The translations under genes and the position numbers were made by a program. Of a stretch of DNA of 64,000 bases, positions 9,385 to 19,482 are shown piece by piece. Origin of the DNA: Armatimonadota bacterium (GTDB lineage Bacteria; Armatimonadota; SYMT01). Positions within the stretch are counted from its first letter, which is position 1, and each line of letters begins with the position of its first letter. The stretch is taken from the NCBI GenBank assembly GCA_041690135.1, contig JAWLHY010000020.1, forward strand, positions 1 to 64,000, in the 5' to 3' direction. A model generated the notes under the pieces. The model had not been told where the DNA came from and did no database searches. It saw only the letters and a list, made by a program, of their open reading frames with translations.

Positions 9385-10929
9385 CTAAGGTCGGGCGTCT
9401 AGTTCCTTGAGGAGCGTATCCGCCATCTGCATACCGCCGGCGATGCGCGACTGGTTCATCCGAAGGTCGGAGAATTGGTCGGTTTCGCGCAGCGCTACTT
9501 CCTGAAGACCTTGTCCTAGCTTCAGCGCTTCCCGGGCGACAGCGATCGCCTCCGGAATGCGCTTCTGGTCCCGTAGGACGCCGGCGCGGAATGCGAGCCA
9601 CTGCGGCTGGAGATAGCGAGGCCCCACGCGCAAGCCGACTTCCACGGCGCCGAGCATTTCATCCGGGGTCACGCCCGCGGGATAGACTTCCGCCAGGTAC
9701 TCTGCTGCTCGCGCGGCTTCCGCGGAGTGTGGATAATCGCCGATCAGCCGCCTTGACGCCGCCAGTTTCTGGATCGGGCTGGCGTGTTCCGCGTTGGCAC
9801 GCACGATCCGCAACAGGGCTTTCGGGGCGAACGGGCTGTCTCCAAACCGATCCGCCACCCTCTGGAAATCGACCATGGCTTCGGAAGGCTCGGTCCCCTC
9901 GCGTTCCAGACCCAGGGCATAGCTGATGCCATCCGCCCAGATGCTCTTGGGATACTGGGCGAGTGCTGCTTCCAACTGCAGAATGCGGCTCTCGCGCGTC
10001 GACGGGGATCCTGCGCTGGCCGGCAACTCGGTCACATACACACGGAAGGCCGGGCCGAAGAGTGCCGCCACGGGAAGGGGACCATAGAGGCGCATCTGAC
10101 GACGCAGCCAATGCACGTCCGCGGTTTCCAGAGCGCCTCGATGGGAGTAGGCATATGAGACCGCCGCAGCCGCACCGGTCGACACATAGAGTAGCGCCAC
10201 GACGCCCGCGACGACCAGGATCCGGTTGATATCCCGGTGCTCGGCAGGCCGGCAGATCCGCGGGAGCAGGCGCCCATGGAGCAAGAGTAAGAGAGTACCC
10301 CCAATCAACAGCACTCCCTTTCCATAGAACCAAAGTCCCGCAAGTGGGTCTTTGTCTAACACCGCCTGCAGGCCGCGCGCGGAGAGGAAGGGATTGACAG
10401 CGAATCCGAGCACCAGATCCAGTACCCAGATGCCCGCCGCAACCGCAAATCCCGCCAGGGCGTTCCGAAACAGGGTGGCGGCGGTCAAAGCCAGCATCGA
10501 TAGGAACCATAGGGGCGGCAAGGCAGCGAGAAGCGGCGACCGCAGTTCGATCGGCTTGAGACCTACCGAGCAGATGAAGAGCGTGGTGCAGGTCAGAAGG
10601 AATGCGGCCAGCAGCGCAATTCCCACCCGCATCGTCACCACCCGATGGAGAGATACCGGTTTGCATGCCAGGACAGTACCCGTGCCGCTCCGGTACTCGG
10701 GAGCCATGCTGTGGGCCACCAGGAACGCTCCCAGGATCGGCGTCATCAATTCCGCGATCTGCACTCCCATCGACTGGCTGAAATCCGTGGAGAGCGCCAT
10801 CATCCAGAGCGTCACGATCTGGCTCGCGGCGATCGGCAGCACGAGCACCCAGTAGCCCCCGCCGATGAGGATGCGGAAGTTGTAGCGCCAGAGCCGGGCG
10901 CGAGTAGAGGACACTCTCATGGATGCCAC
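9385..10929 (-). CDS. ABC-2-type permease-like membrane protein fused to C-terminal TPR-like repeats
   Basis: about 7 TM segments with E..SG...V LACKPVS loop; YPKSIWAD, FGDSPFAPKAL, YPHSAEA repeats. Confidence 0.7.
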   Translation of the reverse strand: MASMRVSSTRARLWRYNFRILIGGGYWVLVLPIAASQIVTLWMMALSTDFSQSMGVQIAELMTPILGAFLVAHSMAPEYRSGTGTVLACKPVSLHRVVTMRVGIALLAAFLLTCTTLFICSVGLKPIELRSPLLAALPPLWFLSMLALTAATLFRNALAGFAVAAGIWVLDLVLGFAVNPFLSARGLQAVLDKDPLAGLWFYGKGVLLIGGTLLLLLHGRLLPRICRPAEHRDINRILVVAGVVALLYVSTGAAAAVSYAYSHRGALETADVHWLRRQMRLYGPLPVAALFGPAFRVYVTELPASAGSPSTRESRILQLEAALAQYPKSIWADGISYALGLEREGTEPSEAMVDFQRVADRFGDSPFAPKALLRIVRANAEHASPIQKLAASRRLIGDYPHSAEAARAAEYLAEVYPAGVTPDEMLGAVEVGLRVGPRYLQPQWLAFRAGVLRDQKRIPEAIAVAREALKLGQGLQEVALRETDQFSDLRMNQSRIAGGMQMADTLLKELDARP

Positions 10930-12182
10930 TCCGGTTCCGCAGCTATCCTCGCCTCGATCCAGGATCGTAACCGGATCGAATCCTCGACCGGCACTTTGGA
11001 TACGTGCATCACCCTCCGCTGCCGGTCGGTCACCACCAGGATCGGCAGCGTTTCAGCCCGGTAGGCGGCGGCCAACGAGGATGAGGCCTGTGGAGCCACC
11101 GCGCTAGTCGTCGGATCCGTGCCTATCGGAAACTGGTATCCGCTGGTCCGGACCAACGCGGGACCGTCGCCCTGGTCCTGGGAGAGGCAGACGCCTATGG
11201 GCTGAACGCCGCGCGACCCATAGTCTTCTGCGATCCCGTTCAGAGAGTCCAGGAACTGCACCGTACGCGCATCCCGTGCGGAAAAGAGGTAGATGACCAG
11301 GATCCGGCCTGCATAGTCCCGGGTACGGACCTGCCCTCCTCTCCCATCGGGCAGCCAGAAGCCCGGCGCGCGATTCCCCTCCTGAAGATCCTGCTGCGCG
11401 ATGTTCTGATAGACGAGAGTTCGTTCCACAACCTGCTCGGGTGAGCGGGCATAGGCGGCTAATGCAGCCTGTGCCACGACACAGCCAAACGCCACCAGCC
11501 CCAAGGTGGGCACCAGTGGCCGGCGCAACTCTCCCCGGCGCAGTCGTTCCACCAACGCCCCGGTGAGGAACAGGACGAACAGCCCCACCGCGGAGAATAG
11601 ACCCAGATTCTGGCTGTAGTCGGGCCGCAGGTAAACCGGAATATAGTTGAGGCCGGCCAGCGCGCAGAACCAGGCAAAGAGAACAATGATGCCGCCCAGA
11701 GGGCTTCGCATCATTCGGGAGAACCCGAAACTGAGGGTCGCCATCGCCGCCAGCACCCAGGCAGCCCGCAAGAAGCCCGCCCCATACACCACGAGACTCC
11801 GCACCCCCGCCTGGGGCACCTGTGCAACTGCCGCCGCTAGAAAAGCAGCCAGCAGCAGCAACCCCCAGGTGGTCAGCCCACTGCCCCAAAGCAGTATCAC
11901 CCAGTAGGCTCCGTCTACAGGCTTCGACCGGATCACGGCCCCCTGCTTTTCATTCTGGTCCCGCAAAGCGGCATACGCGAACCAGAGGCAGGCGCCCATA
12001 CCATAGACGGTTCCCAGCCATGCCCCCAGGACCAGTGCCGCCCCCGCGGGAGACGAGCCCTGACTCCAGGCGTAAGCAGCGGCGCCGGCCGCTCCGAATA
12101 GACCCAGGAGCCGAAGGCCGGGTCCTCGTAATTCCGACACCACGGCCAGCCGGAGCAGCCGCAAGTTACGCCGCAGTGGCAT
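10917..12182 (-). CDS. ABC-2-type permease-like membrane protein fused to a thioredoxin-fold (TlpA/AhpC-TSA-like) domain lacking CxxC
   Basis: multi-TM N-terminal half; GNRAPGFWLPD..G...RDYAGRILVIYLF and LPILVVTD. Confidence 0.7.
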   Translation of the reverse strand: MPLRRNLRLLRLAVVSELRGPGLRLLGLFGAAGAAAYAWSQGSSPAGAALVLGAWLGTVYGMGACLWFAYAALRDQNEKQGAVIRSKPVDGAYWVILLWGSGLTTWGLLLLAAFLAAAVAQVPQAGVRSLVVYGAGFLRAAWVLAAMATLSFGFSRMMRSPLGGIIVLFAWFCALAGLNYIPVYLRPDYSQNLGLFSAVGLFVLFLTGALVERLRRGELRRPLVPTLGLVAFGCVVAQAALAAYARSPEQVVERTLVYQNIAQQDLQEGNRAPGFWLPDGRGGQVRTRDYAGRILVIYLFSARDARTVQFLDSLNGIAEDYGSRGVQPIGVCLSQDQGDGPALVRTSGYQFPIGTDPTTSAVAPQASSSLAAAYRAETLPILVVTDRQRRVMHVSKVPVEDSIRLRSWIEARIAAEPEWHP

Positions 12183-13059
12183 GGCTCTCCTCCGGACGGG
12201 CCATCAGCCATACGTAAGCATCTTCCAGGTTGGGGACGGCCGGCTCCGCATCCTCGGAAGGACGTTTCTCGGAGACCCCGCGGACCTGGATCGAACCCGG
12301 CATCCGGTAGAGCCCCGTCTCCAGGAAGCCCGCGATGGTCGGCACGCGGCCATCGGGCGGAACCTGCAGGGTCCAGACTCTTCCGGAAAGAGCGGCGAGC
12401 AGGTCTTCAGGAGTGCCGAAGTAGCGCATTTGCCCGAAGCGCAACACGGCCAACGAGCTCGCCACGGCCTCGATGTCGGCGACGATATGGGTGGAGAGGA
12501 CGATGAGACACTCGCGAGCCAGCTCGGCAAAGAAGGAACGTACCCGGATCCGCTCTTCCGGATCCAGACCCGCGGTCGGCTCATCCACAATCAGCACGGA
12601 CGGCCGGGGCAACACGGCCTGGCCCAGCGCCACCCGCTGCCGCATGCCGCCGGATAGCGTCTGCACCTGGCGGTCGCGCAGGTGCGTGAGGTTGAGGCGT
12701 TCCATCACCTCTTCGATCCTCTGCAGGCGGTCCCGGTCATCATCCAGGTGGTAGAGCAGGCCCATGTAGTCGAGGGTCTCGAACACCGTGAGATTGGGAT
12801 AAAGCCCCACATCTTGCGGCAAGTAGCCGATCCGTCGGCGAATCTCCGGCTTTTGCTTCCGAGCGTCGAGCCCGTCGACCATGATCGTTCCGGAGGTCGG
12901 CTCGAGTAGGGTGGCCATAATCGACATCAGGGTTGTTTTCCCGGAACCGTTCGGCCCGAGTAGCCCCAGTACTCCGGACTCGGCGCGAAGTTGCACGGCA
13001 TCGAGGGCTTTCACCCGGCCGTCGTACACCTTGGTTAACTGCAGAACTTCAACGCCCAC
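12166..13059 (-). CDS. ABC transporter ATP-binding protein (exporter type)
   Basis: Walker A GPNGSGKT, LSGGMRQR, IVDEPTAGLD, STH. Confidence 0.95.
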   Translation of the reverse strand: MGVEVLQLTKVYDGRVKALDAVQLRAESGVLGLLGPNGSGKTTLMSIMATLLEPTSGTIMVDGLDARKQKPEIRRRIGYLPQDVGLYPNLTVFETLDYMGLLYHLDDDRDRLQRIEEVMERLNLTHLRDRQVQTLSGGMRQRVALGQAVLPRPSVLIVDEPTAGLDPEERIRVRSFFAELARECLIVLSTHIVADIEAVASSLAVLRFGQMRYFGTPEDLLAALSGRVWTLQVPPDGRVPTIAGFLETGLYRMPGSIQVRGVSEKRPSEDAEPAVPNLEDAYVWLMARPEESHATAA

Positions 13060-14197
13060 GGCTTCGTCTCCAACGCCGCCTCTCCTGCCGGGGAGGCTCC
13101 GATCCGGCGGTCATCCAACCCGGAAGCCGAACCCGCCGGATCCGGTTCCCTTCGTAATCGGCAACGTAAACGGTTCCGTCGCCTCCGGCGACGGCCGCGC
13201 AGGGCAGCGCAAAGGAAGCCTTGTTGCCGGCGCCGTCATTTATTCCCGGCAAACCCGGTTGCCCTGCCTGCCGGCGGCCCGCCAACAACATGGGGGCCTC
13301 ACCCTTCCTTTCGGCCATCAGCACGTGATAGTCCCGGTCCGCAAAGATGCGATACCCGCCCGTTAACTGGGCCGCGGCGCTCCGTCGGCCCAGTGGCATG
13401 CCGACCGGCTGTGGGAAGCCGCGGCCCTCTTCACTCCCCTGGATAGTCTCGCCGCTCGGTTGCGCTCCTAACTCACCCAAGGCTAATCGGACGGGTTCTG
13501 GAACGTCGGCCGGCGTGGTCACCTGCCCATTCGCATCCACCTTGCGTATGGCCGCGTTGCCCAGGTCCGCCACCCACAGCGAGCGACCGATCCACGCGAG
13601 GGTCGCCGGAAAGCGGAAGCGTGCGAGGGTGCCGGGACCGTCTGAGCTGCCGTCTTGCGGCACCGGGCTACCTGCCACGGTGACCACACGGCCCTCCGCG
13701 ATCCGGCAAATCCGGTGGTTGCCGGTATCCGCGACGAAGATGTCACCGTCTTCGTCGACCGCCACCCCGCTGGGGTAGCGAAGTGCTGTTTCGAGTGCCG
13801 GCCCATCCAACGGCCGCTCGCCATCTCCCGATTCGCCGCCGCCGGCCACGGTCGTCCAGCTTCCGCCAACGGTCATTCTCCGGATGCGGTGGTTCCGACT
13901 GTCCGCCACGAGAAGGGATCCGTCCGCTTCTACCGCCAGGGCGTTGGGACCGTTCAACTGTGCCTGCCACACGGCGCCATCACGGTATCCCGGTCCTCCA
14001 CCCACCAGACTTTCCACCAGGACCTCTTCCCTACCGACGATCGAGGGCACCCTGGCAGCGCCACCCGCAGCCCCGCCGGCGCTAGGAGGCACCACCTCCC
14101 GGTATACCAGCAGGCGCCAGTACACCCCTTGAATCAGGGCCAGGATCACCAGCGTCGCAATCGCTACGGTCTTTGGACTGACCTGCTTACGGAGCAT
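13049..14197 (-). CDS. membrane-anchored NHL-repeat beta-propeller protein
   Basis: N-terminal TM; repeated P..LAV..DG..VADS/T.NHRI. Confidence 0.85.
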   Translation of the reverse strand: MLRKQVSPKTVAIATLVILALIQGVYWRLLVYREVVPPSAGGAAGGAARVPSIVGREEVLVESLVGGGPGYRDGAVWQAQLNGPNALAVEADGSLLVADSRNHRIRRMTVGGSWTTVAGGGESGDGERPLDGPALETALRYPSGVAVDEDGDIFVADTGNHRICRIAEGRVVTVAGSPVPQDGSSDGPGTLARFRFPATLAWIGRSLWVADLGNAAIRKVDANGQVTTPADVPEPVRLALGELGAQPSGETIQGSEEGRGFPQPVGMPLGRRSAAAQLTGGYRIFADRDYHVLMAERKGEAPMLLAGRRQAGQPGLPGINDGAGNKASFALPCAAVAGGDGTVYVADYEGNRIRRVRLPGWMTAGSEPPRQERRRWRRSRGR

Positions 14198-14232
14198 GAT
14201 AGAAGAGAGCCAACGAGCTAATTGCCGGCGGA

Positions 14233-15342
14233 TTACTGCCGGGTCAATGGGATCACGGACGGACCATTCGTGGTGAGGAGGTAGAGTTTCCGGCCATCCG
14301 ATGCTACCTGGCCCACCGGGAGTGATCCTTCGCTATGCGGCTCACTCAGGTGTTGGGGCACGCGGTAGAGCCTGTCCGCCGCGTAGAAGACAGATTGGCC
14401 GATTTCCACGAGCGATCCCTGCCCGGGCAGCCAATCCGTCACCATCCGGGAGTTACCGTCGGCGCCGCGGCGGCGAACGCTGCGGAACGCCTCCGGACTG
14501 GCGGCCTCTTCCGACGGAGTTGTCCAGACAAATTCCTCTCCGGACACCAGTCCTTCTTGCGTCCCCGCCTCTACGGCGACCCGGATCTCACCGCCGGTTT
14601 CGAAATTCACCTCATAGAACTCGGTGGCCATCATTCGGCGCAAGCGAACATACAACCGGGTAGGGCCCGAAATCAGATCCCCACGGGCCGGTGCAAGAGC
14701 GGCATGCCACTGGCCCAACAGGCGAACCTTACCGTCGGCGTCGCGCACCTGGAGCGTCGTACGTGCGGCTGAAGCCGGAATGTGAGGAAATGCGGAAAGA
14801 GCAGGCGGATGGTTCTCCAACCAGAAGACCCGTCCCTCGCGTACCAGCAAGGCGCTGGGCGCCTGGAGGCCGGAGAGCGCTATAGTCGGATCGCCGCCTC
14901 CCACGGGCATGGTCAGGAGACGTCCCTCTCCCCCGACATCCGCCAGGAGCCACACTTGCTCCCGATCCAGCACCGCCTCTTTCCATCCGCGGTCTCGGGC
15001 CAGCACACGGCCGCGCCCCTCCGCTTCTCCAATATGAAGAACCGACTCCCCGCCCGACTTGACCAGCCAGACGGATCGCTCGCCGGAAAACGAGGCTGAT
15101 AGGAGTACGGGAGCAGCGGGAACAACCGTCTCGCGCCCGGGCGAACGGGTCGGTCGGCGTCCGGACCGGTTCGCCCGCCGTCTCTGCCGTCCCTCCGTCT
15201 CTTGTGGATCTCCGCCTGGGCTGCCCTGCTCCCTTTCGCCACCTGCAGGCGCCGGTGGCTTCGCCACAGCCAGCGATACGGAAAACCCGATCAACGCGAG
15301 CCCAACCAGACCACGCACCCATTCCCAACGACAAGAAGGCAT
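14233..15342 (-). CDS. secreted hypothetical protein, likely beta-propeller
   Basis: signal peptide, low-complexity linker, beta-rich repeats; co-oriented in operon. Confidence 0.6.
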   Translation of the reverse strand: MPSCRWEWVRGLVGLALIGFSVSLAVAKPPAPAGGEREQGSPGGDPQETEGRQRRRANRSGRRPTRSPGRETVVPAAPVLLSASFSGERSVWLVKSGGESVLHIGEAEGRGRVLARDRGWKEAVLDREQVWLLADVGGEGRLLTMPVGGGDPTIALSGLQAPSALLVREGRVFWLENHPPALSAFPHIPASAARTTLQVRDADGKVRLLGQWHAALAPARGDLISGPTRLYVRLRRMMATEFYEVNFETGGEIRVAVEAGTQEGLVSGEEFVWTTPSEEAASPEAFRSVRRRGADGNSRMVTDWLPGQGSLVEIGQSVFYAADRLYRVPQHLSEPHSEGSLPVGQVASDGRKLYLLTTNGPSVIPLTRQ

Positions 15343-15384
15343 GCCCCCTTGTTCTGAACCTGTGCCGAAAGGTCCTGCGTTTGC

Positions 15385-16164
15385 TCAGCAAATCCGCTCC
15401 GGGCCCTGACGGTAGTGGTAGCAGTAAAGCGTTTCGAAGCCGGCGCGGGTATAGAGGGATGAGGCGGCCGTGTTGCTCTCCAGCACATGGAGATAGCTAT
15501 CCTCCGCCCCCTGGGCCGCGCCCCAGCGCGCCAGCGACGCGAGGATCGCCGACGCTGCCCCCCTCCGCCGAAACTCGGGACGGGTTGCCATGCAGTAAAT
15601 GCCCAACCAGCCCCGCTCGTATACGCCCAGCCCCACCGCGGCGGGTTCTCCTTCCAGCCGAAGCGTAGCAAACGTCTTGACAGGCGCGATCCGCCGCAGA
15701 ATACCCTCCCGCACCCGGGCCTCTTCGACCGGCATCTTTTCGGGAGAGGCGTAGATGGCGAGCCAGTCCGGGCCCGGAGAGGCCGCCAGTTCCACACCAT
15801 CGGTTTGCGGAGACGTTACTCGCCGGCGGACCAGCGCTAACGGCGCGATCTGCACGCACGAGAGGCCCTCCTTCGAGTAGCCCCGTTGCTCCAGAATCTG
15901 GTCCAGCTCCCCCGGCCGGCATGCCTCGCAGATCTGGTAGCGCGGCGGCAGACACATCCGCCGGTAGAACGCTTCCACAGTGTCCAGCCGCTCTTCCAGT
16001 TTCTCGGAGCCCCACCAGGCGTGCGGCCACACCGAGTTCACGCGGCGGCTGTAGCCGTGGGTGAACCGGAGCCACCAGCCGCCCAGGCAGCGCGAGACCT
16101 CGGCGGGCCAGGCGTTCGCGGAGCATTCTTCCAACAGGCGGATACGTTCAGTGGTCGTAGTCAC
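15385..16164 (-). CDS. GNAT family N-acetyltransferase
   Basis: W.LRFT.GYSRRVNSV, MAT.PEFRRRGAA, YLHV..SN..A.SLY...GF. Confidence 0.88.
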   Translation of the reverse strand: MTTTTERIRLLEECSANAWPAEVSRCLGGWWLRFTHGYSRRVNSVWPHAWWGSEKLEERLDTVEAFYRRMCLPPRYQICEACRPGELDQILEQRGYSKEGLSCVQIAPLALVRRRVTSPQTDGVELAASPGPDWLAIYASPEKMPVEEARVREGILRRIAPVKTFATLRLEGEPAAVGLGVYERGWLGIYCMATRPEFRRRGAASAILASLARWGAAQGAEDSYLHVLESNTAASSLYTRAGFETLYCYHYRQGPERIC

Positions 16165-16354
16165 GGCAGTCTCAACCAGGGCGTGGTTCGTCCCTCAGTG
16201 CTTACTACCCATCGCTCCCAACCCGTCATACCCCCGGCCCGAACTGTTACTGCGCCGGGTTTTGAAGCAGCGGATGCAGGGAACGATGCCGGAGGCGATT
16301 GGCCGGGTGCGGTATGCGGTTGACAACCGCGCCCGGAACAGTGCGGAGGGTACG

Positions 16355-16876
16355 ATGGACTGGATGAAACAGGTGGGTGGACTTCTGGACCAATATGCCG
16401 GCGGCGGAAACGACCGGCCCGGAGAGGCGGAGCAGCACTTCGACCAGGTATCCCAGGTCGCACCGAAGGGTGACCTGTTAAACGGGCTGGCTTCGGCATT
16501 CCGCTCGGGCGCGACACCGCCGTTTCCGGAACTGGTGATGAACCTGTTCAGTCACGCGGACAGCGGGCAAAAGGCGGGACTGCTCAACACGCTGATCGGC
16601 GCCCTCGGTCCGGCCCTTCTGCCCCAGGTTCTGGGGCAACTCGGCCTGGGCAACCTGCAGGGCCTCTTCTCCGGCGGACAGGTCAGTCCGGACCAGGCCG
16701 ACCAGGTGCCTCCCCATGCGGTGGGAGAAATGGCGGCGCGGGCGGAACAACAGGACAACTCGGTGATCGAACGCGTGGCCGGATTGTTCGCCGATCAGCC
16801 GGGCCTGGTAAAGGGTCTGGGCTCGTCGGTGGTGGGCTCCGTTCTGTCAGGTCTCACAGGGAAGCGCGCGGCCTGA
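16355..16876 (+). CDS. conserved hypothetical Gly-rich helical protein (YidB/DUF937-like)
   Basis: GGAGG RBS before ATG 16355; FDQV.Q, GLA.AFRS..TPPF motifs. Confidence 0.65.
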   Translation: MDWMKQVGGLLDQYAGGGNDRPGEAEQHFDQVSQVAPKGDLLNGLASAFRSGATPPFPELVMNLFSHADSGQKAGLLNTLIGALGPALLPQVLGQLGLGNLQGLFSGGQVSPDQADQVPPHAVGEMAARAEQQDNSVIERVAGLFADQPGLVKGLGSSVVGSVLSGLTGKRAA

Positions 16877-17638
16877 GCGGAAGTCGTAGTAGGAATTCAC
16901 GGCTTCCTGGCCGGTGTAGTTGGGGCCGGCCCGGTCGTCGGCCCCCAGGAACCGGTGCGGCTGCTCCATCCGACGCGGTCCTTCGCAGCGCAGCAGGTGT
17001 CGTCTTGCATCATAAGTGACACCTGCCGACCGGAACATCTGGCGGACCTCTCGCGCGGCGGAACTTCCGTCTTCACGGCGGATATTCTCCAGATCCAGGT
17101 GACCCACGAACAGGCCATCCGGAGCGAGCCAGGAGAAGGCGCGGCGGAGCAGGTCAAGCTTGTCGCCCAGGTAATGGAGACCGTGGACACAGGTGATCAG
17201 GTCATATCCTGGCCCTGACGCCCCCTCGCGATCCCCAGGCGCACTGCCTTCCGGTTCCCACTCCGCCAGCGAAGCGGCGACCAGACGCACGCCGGGTTTC
17301 TCGGCAGGAACCGATAAGAACATCGGCATCAGGTCGATGCCCTGCAGCAGGACCCGACCTTCTAAGCCCGCGAGACGCAAACGTTCAATCGCCTCCAGCA
17401 GCGCGCGGCCGGAACCGCAGCAGACGTCGAGCCAGCGAATAACCGGGGGAGAGCCCTCTGCATCACCTGGCTGGGTGGCGGTCCTCGCGAGGCGGACCTT
17501 CAGGAACTCCAGGGGGTTGAACCCAAGTTCGCGCGTGTAGCTGTTCGGTCCCATCAGGCCGCGTTCGCGATTCATGGCGGAGTTCGCCACGATAGGAGAG
17601 CGGTCCAACTCACTCGAGCTGAGGCGTGGTCGATCCAT
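16847..17638 (-). CDS. class I SAM-dependent methyltransferase
   Basis: WLDVCCGSG, YDLITCVHGLHY, L.PDG. Confidence 0.85.
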   Translation of the reverse strand: MDRPRLSSSELDRSPIVANSAMNRERGLMGPNSYTRELGFNPLEFLKVRLARTATQPGDAEGSPPVIRWLDVCCGSGRALLEAIERLRLAGLEGRVLLQGIDLMPMFLSVPAEKPGVRLVAASLAEWEPEGSAPGDREGASGPGYDLITCVHGLHYLGDKLDLLRRAFSWLAPDGLFVGHLDLENIRREDGSSAAREVRQMFRSAGVTYDARRHLLRCEGPRRMEQPHRFLGADDRAGPNYTGQEAVNSYYDFRSGRALPCET

Positions 17639-17644
17639 AGTCGT

Positions 17645-18742
17645 TCAACCCTCCCGAATCCGGGGCTGCATCCGCTGGCACCCCCGCGGAAAACTGGGCC
17701 AGCGCCGGACCGCCACGATCAGGACGACCAGCGCCTGGATGACCATCACCAGATGCCGGCTGAGCCCCGTGGAAAGCTCCATCTCCACCGCGCCGTTGGC
17801 CAGGCCGCCCCAGAAGAGTGAAGCGCCGAGCACCCCGAGCGGCGAACTCGCGGCCAGAACCGCGACGGCGATCCCTTCAAACCCATATCCCGGTGAGAAG
17901 CCCGCCTGGAAGTAGTGATGGATGCCCAGCACTTCGACCGCGCCGGCCAGGCCGGCCAGCGCGCCGCTCTGAAGGAGCACGTGCGTCCAAGTGCGGGTCA
18001 CCGGAACATCCGCGGTCCGGGCGGCCTTCGGGTTCTGCCCCACCAACCGGAGTTGGAACCCGAACCGGGCGCGCGCCAGGATCACCGCCGCCAACACCGC
18101 CATCCCGATCGCCACACCCAGACCGGTGTGAAGGCGGCCGGTAATCGTCAAGAGTTCGGCGGTTGCCTGGATCCCCTCGGTACGCGCCCCCTGCTGGGTA
18201 GGGTCGTGAAGAGGGTTGTTCGCCAGAAACCGGGTCAGGTTCTCGGCGATGAAGTTGAGGAGCAGGGTCGTGACGACTTCCGGCGTGCCGCGGCGTGCCT
18301 TGAGCCATGCGGCGGGCGCGGCCCACAACGCCCCGGCCAGAGCCGCGGCAGCCAAAGCAGCCGGCACGTGCAGACCCGCAGGCAACCGGAAAGCGGCGCC
18401 GACCCAGGCCGCGGCGAGGGCTCCCCAGAGCAGTTGCCCTTCCGCCCCGATGTTGAAGAGCCCGGCGCGAAAGGCCCAGGCAACCGCCAGCCCGGTCAGG
18501 CAAATGGGGATGGCTCGGACAAGTGTTTCGGTCCAGGCGAACGAACTGCCGAACGCACCGAGGAGCAGTGCTCGGATGGCGGACGCGGGCGGCACGCCCG
18601 CAGTCGCCGCAAGACCCGAGATCAGGAAGGAGGCAACGACGATTCCGACCACCGCACGCAAAGCGACCGTCCGCAGACGGTTCACACCGGTTGCCAACTT
18701 GGAGGCAGACGACGGCATGGGCTCACGTGATGCGCTCGGCAA
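17645..18742 (-). CDS. ABC transporter permease (nucleoside/sugar, BPD_transp_2 type)
   Basis: GLFNIGAEGQ, EVVTTLLLNF, G.NP.AA, GYGF.GIAVA. Confidence 0.88.
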   Translation of the reverse strand: MPSASREPMPSSASKLATGVNRLRTVALRAVVGIVVASFLISGLAATAGVPPASAIRALLLGAFGSSFAWTETLVRAIPICLTGLAVAWAFRAGLFNIGAEGQLLWGALAAAWVGAAFRLPAGLHVPAALAAAALAGALWAAPAAWLKARRGTPEVVTTLLLNFIAENLTRFLANNPLHDPTQQGARTEGIQATAELLTITGRLHTGLGVAIGMAVLAAVILARARFGFQLRLVGQNPKAARTADVPVTRTWTHVLLQSGALAGLAGAVEVLGIHHYFQAGFSPGYGFEGIAVAVLAASSPLGVLGASLFWGGLANGAVEMELSTGLSRHLVMVIQALVVLIVAVRRWPSFPRGCQRMQPRIREG

Positions 18743-18789
18743 GGCTCATGCTAGCCGTTCTCGCAGACAGGATGAAAGGGCGTATGACA

Positions 18790-18841
18790 GAATGGGGGAA
18801 TGGAACCGGCGGTTACGCCGGTTGCTCCCATTCCCCCATTC
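18790..18841. terminator. long hairpin downstream of rplI built from octamer-repeat arms
   Basis: gaatgggggaatgg-aaccggcg-gtta-cgccggtt-gctc-ccattcccccattc. Confidence 0.6.
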
Positions 18842-18888
18842 CAAACTTCTCTCATTCGAGTCGATGAGAGCTTCGCCGTCACTAACGC

Positions 18889-19416
18889 CTAGACCGCAGC
18901 CTCTTCGGCCGCCACCGGCTCAGCGGCTTCGGCCGCTTCCGTCGGCGCTTCGGGCTCTTCGACCGGTTCCGTCTCGGCGACCAGGACCTTCAACGGAATC
19001 GTCAGGCCGCGCACCAGCTTCACGTTCACCTGAAACTCGCCCAGCGTGCGGATTGGGTGCTTGATATCGATATCGCGCCGGTCGATGGGCTGGCCGATGA
19101 GCTGGCTGAGCGCTTCCGCGATCTCCGAAGAGGTAACGGAGCCGTGCAGGCGGTTGGTACCCTCGGCCGCGCGGTGGATGATGGTGACACGCTTGTCGCG
19201 AATCTGGTCGGCCATCGCCAGCGCGGCAGCCCGTTCACGGGCCTCGCGCTCTTTGGCGGCGGTGATCTTCTTGGTATAGTCCTTGATGTTACCGGGGGTG
19301 GCGGCCACGGCCAGGCTCCGCGGAAGCAGGAAGTTCCGCGCGTAACCGTCTTTGACGTCTACCAGGTCGCCAATGCGCCCGAGGTCGCGGACGTCAGATC
19401 GAAGAATAACCTTCAC
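18889..19416 (-). CDS. rplI: 50S ribosomal protein L9
   Basis: MKVIL..DV..LG..GD.V.VKDGYARNFLLP, L.GSVT. Confidence 0.97.
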   Translation of the reverse strand: MKVILRSDVRDLGRIGDLVDVKDGYARNFLLPRSLAVAATPGNIKDYTKKITAAKEREARERAAALAMADQIRDKRVTIIHRAAEGTNRLHGSVTSSEIAEALSQLIGQPIDRRDIDIKHPIRTLGEFQVNVKLVRGLTIPLKVLVAETEPVEEPEAPTEAAEAAEPVAAEEAAV

Positions 19417-19482
19417 AGTCGGATCCCTTTCTCCAATTTCCTTCAGGCGTGCCGGTTGTTTTTCAACCGGAACGCCATACGA

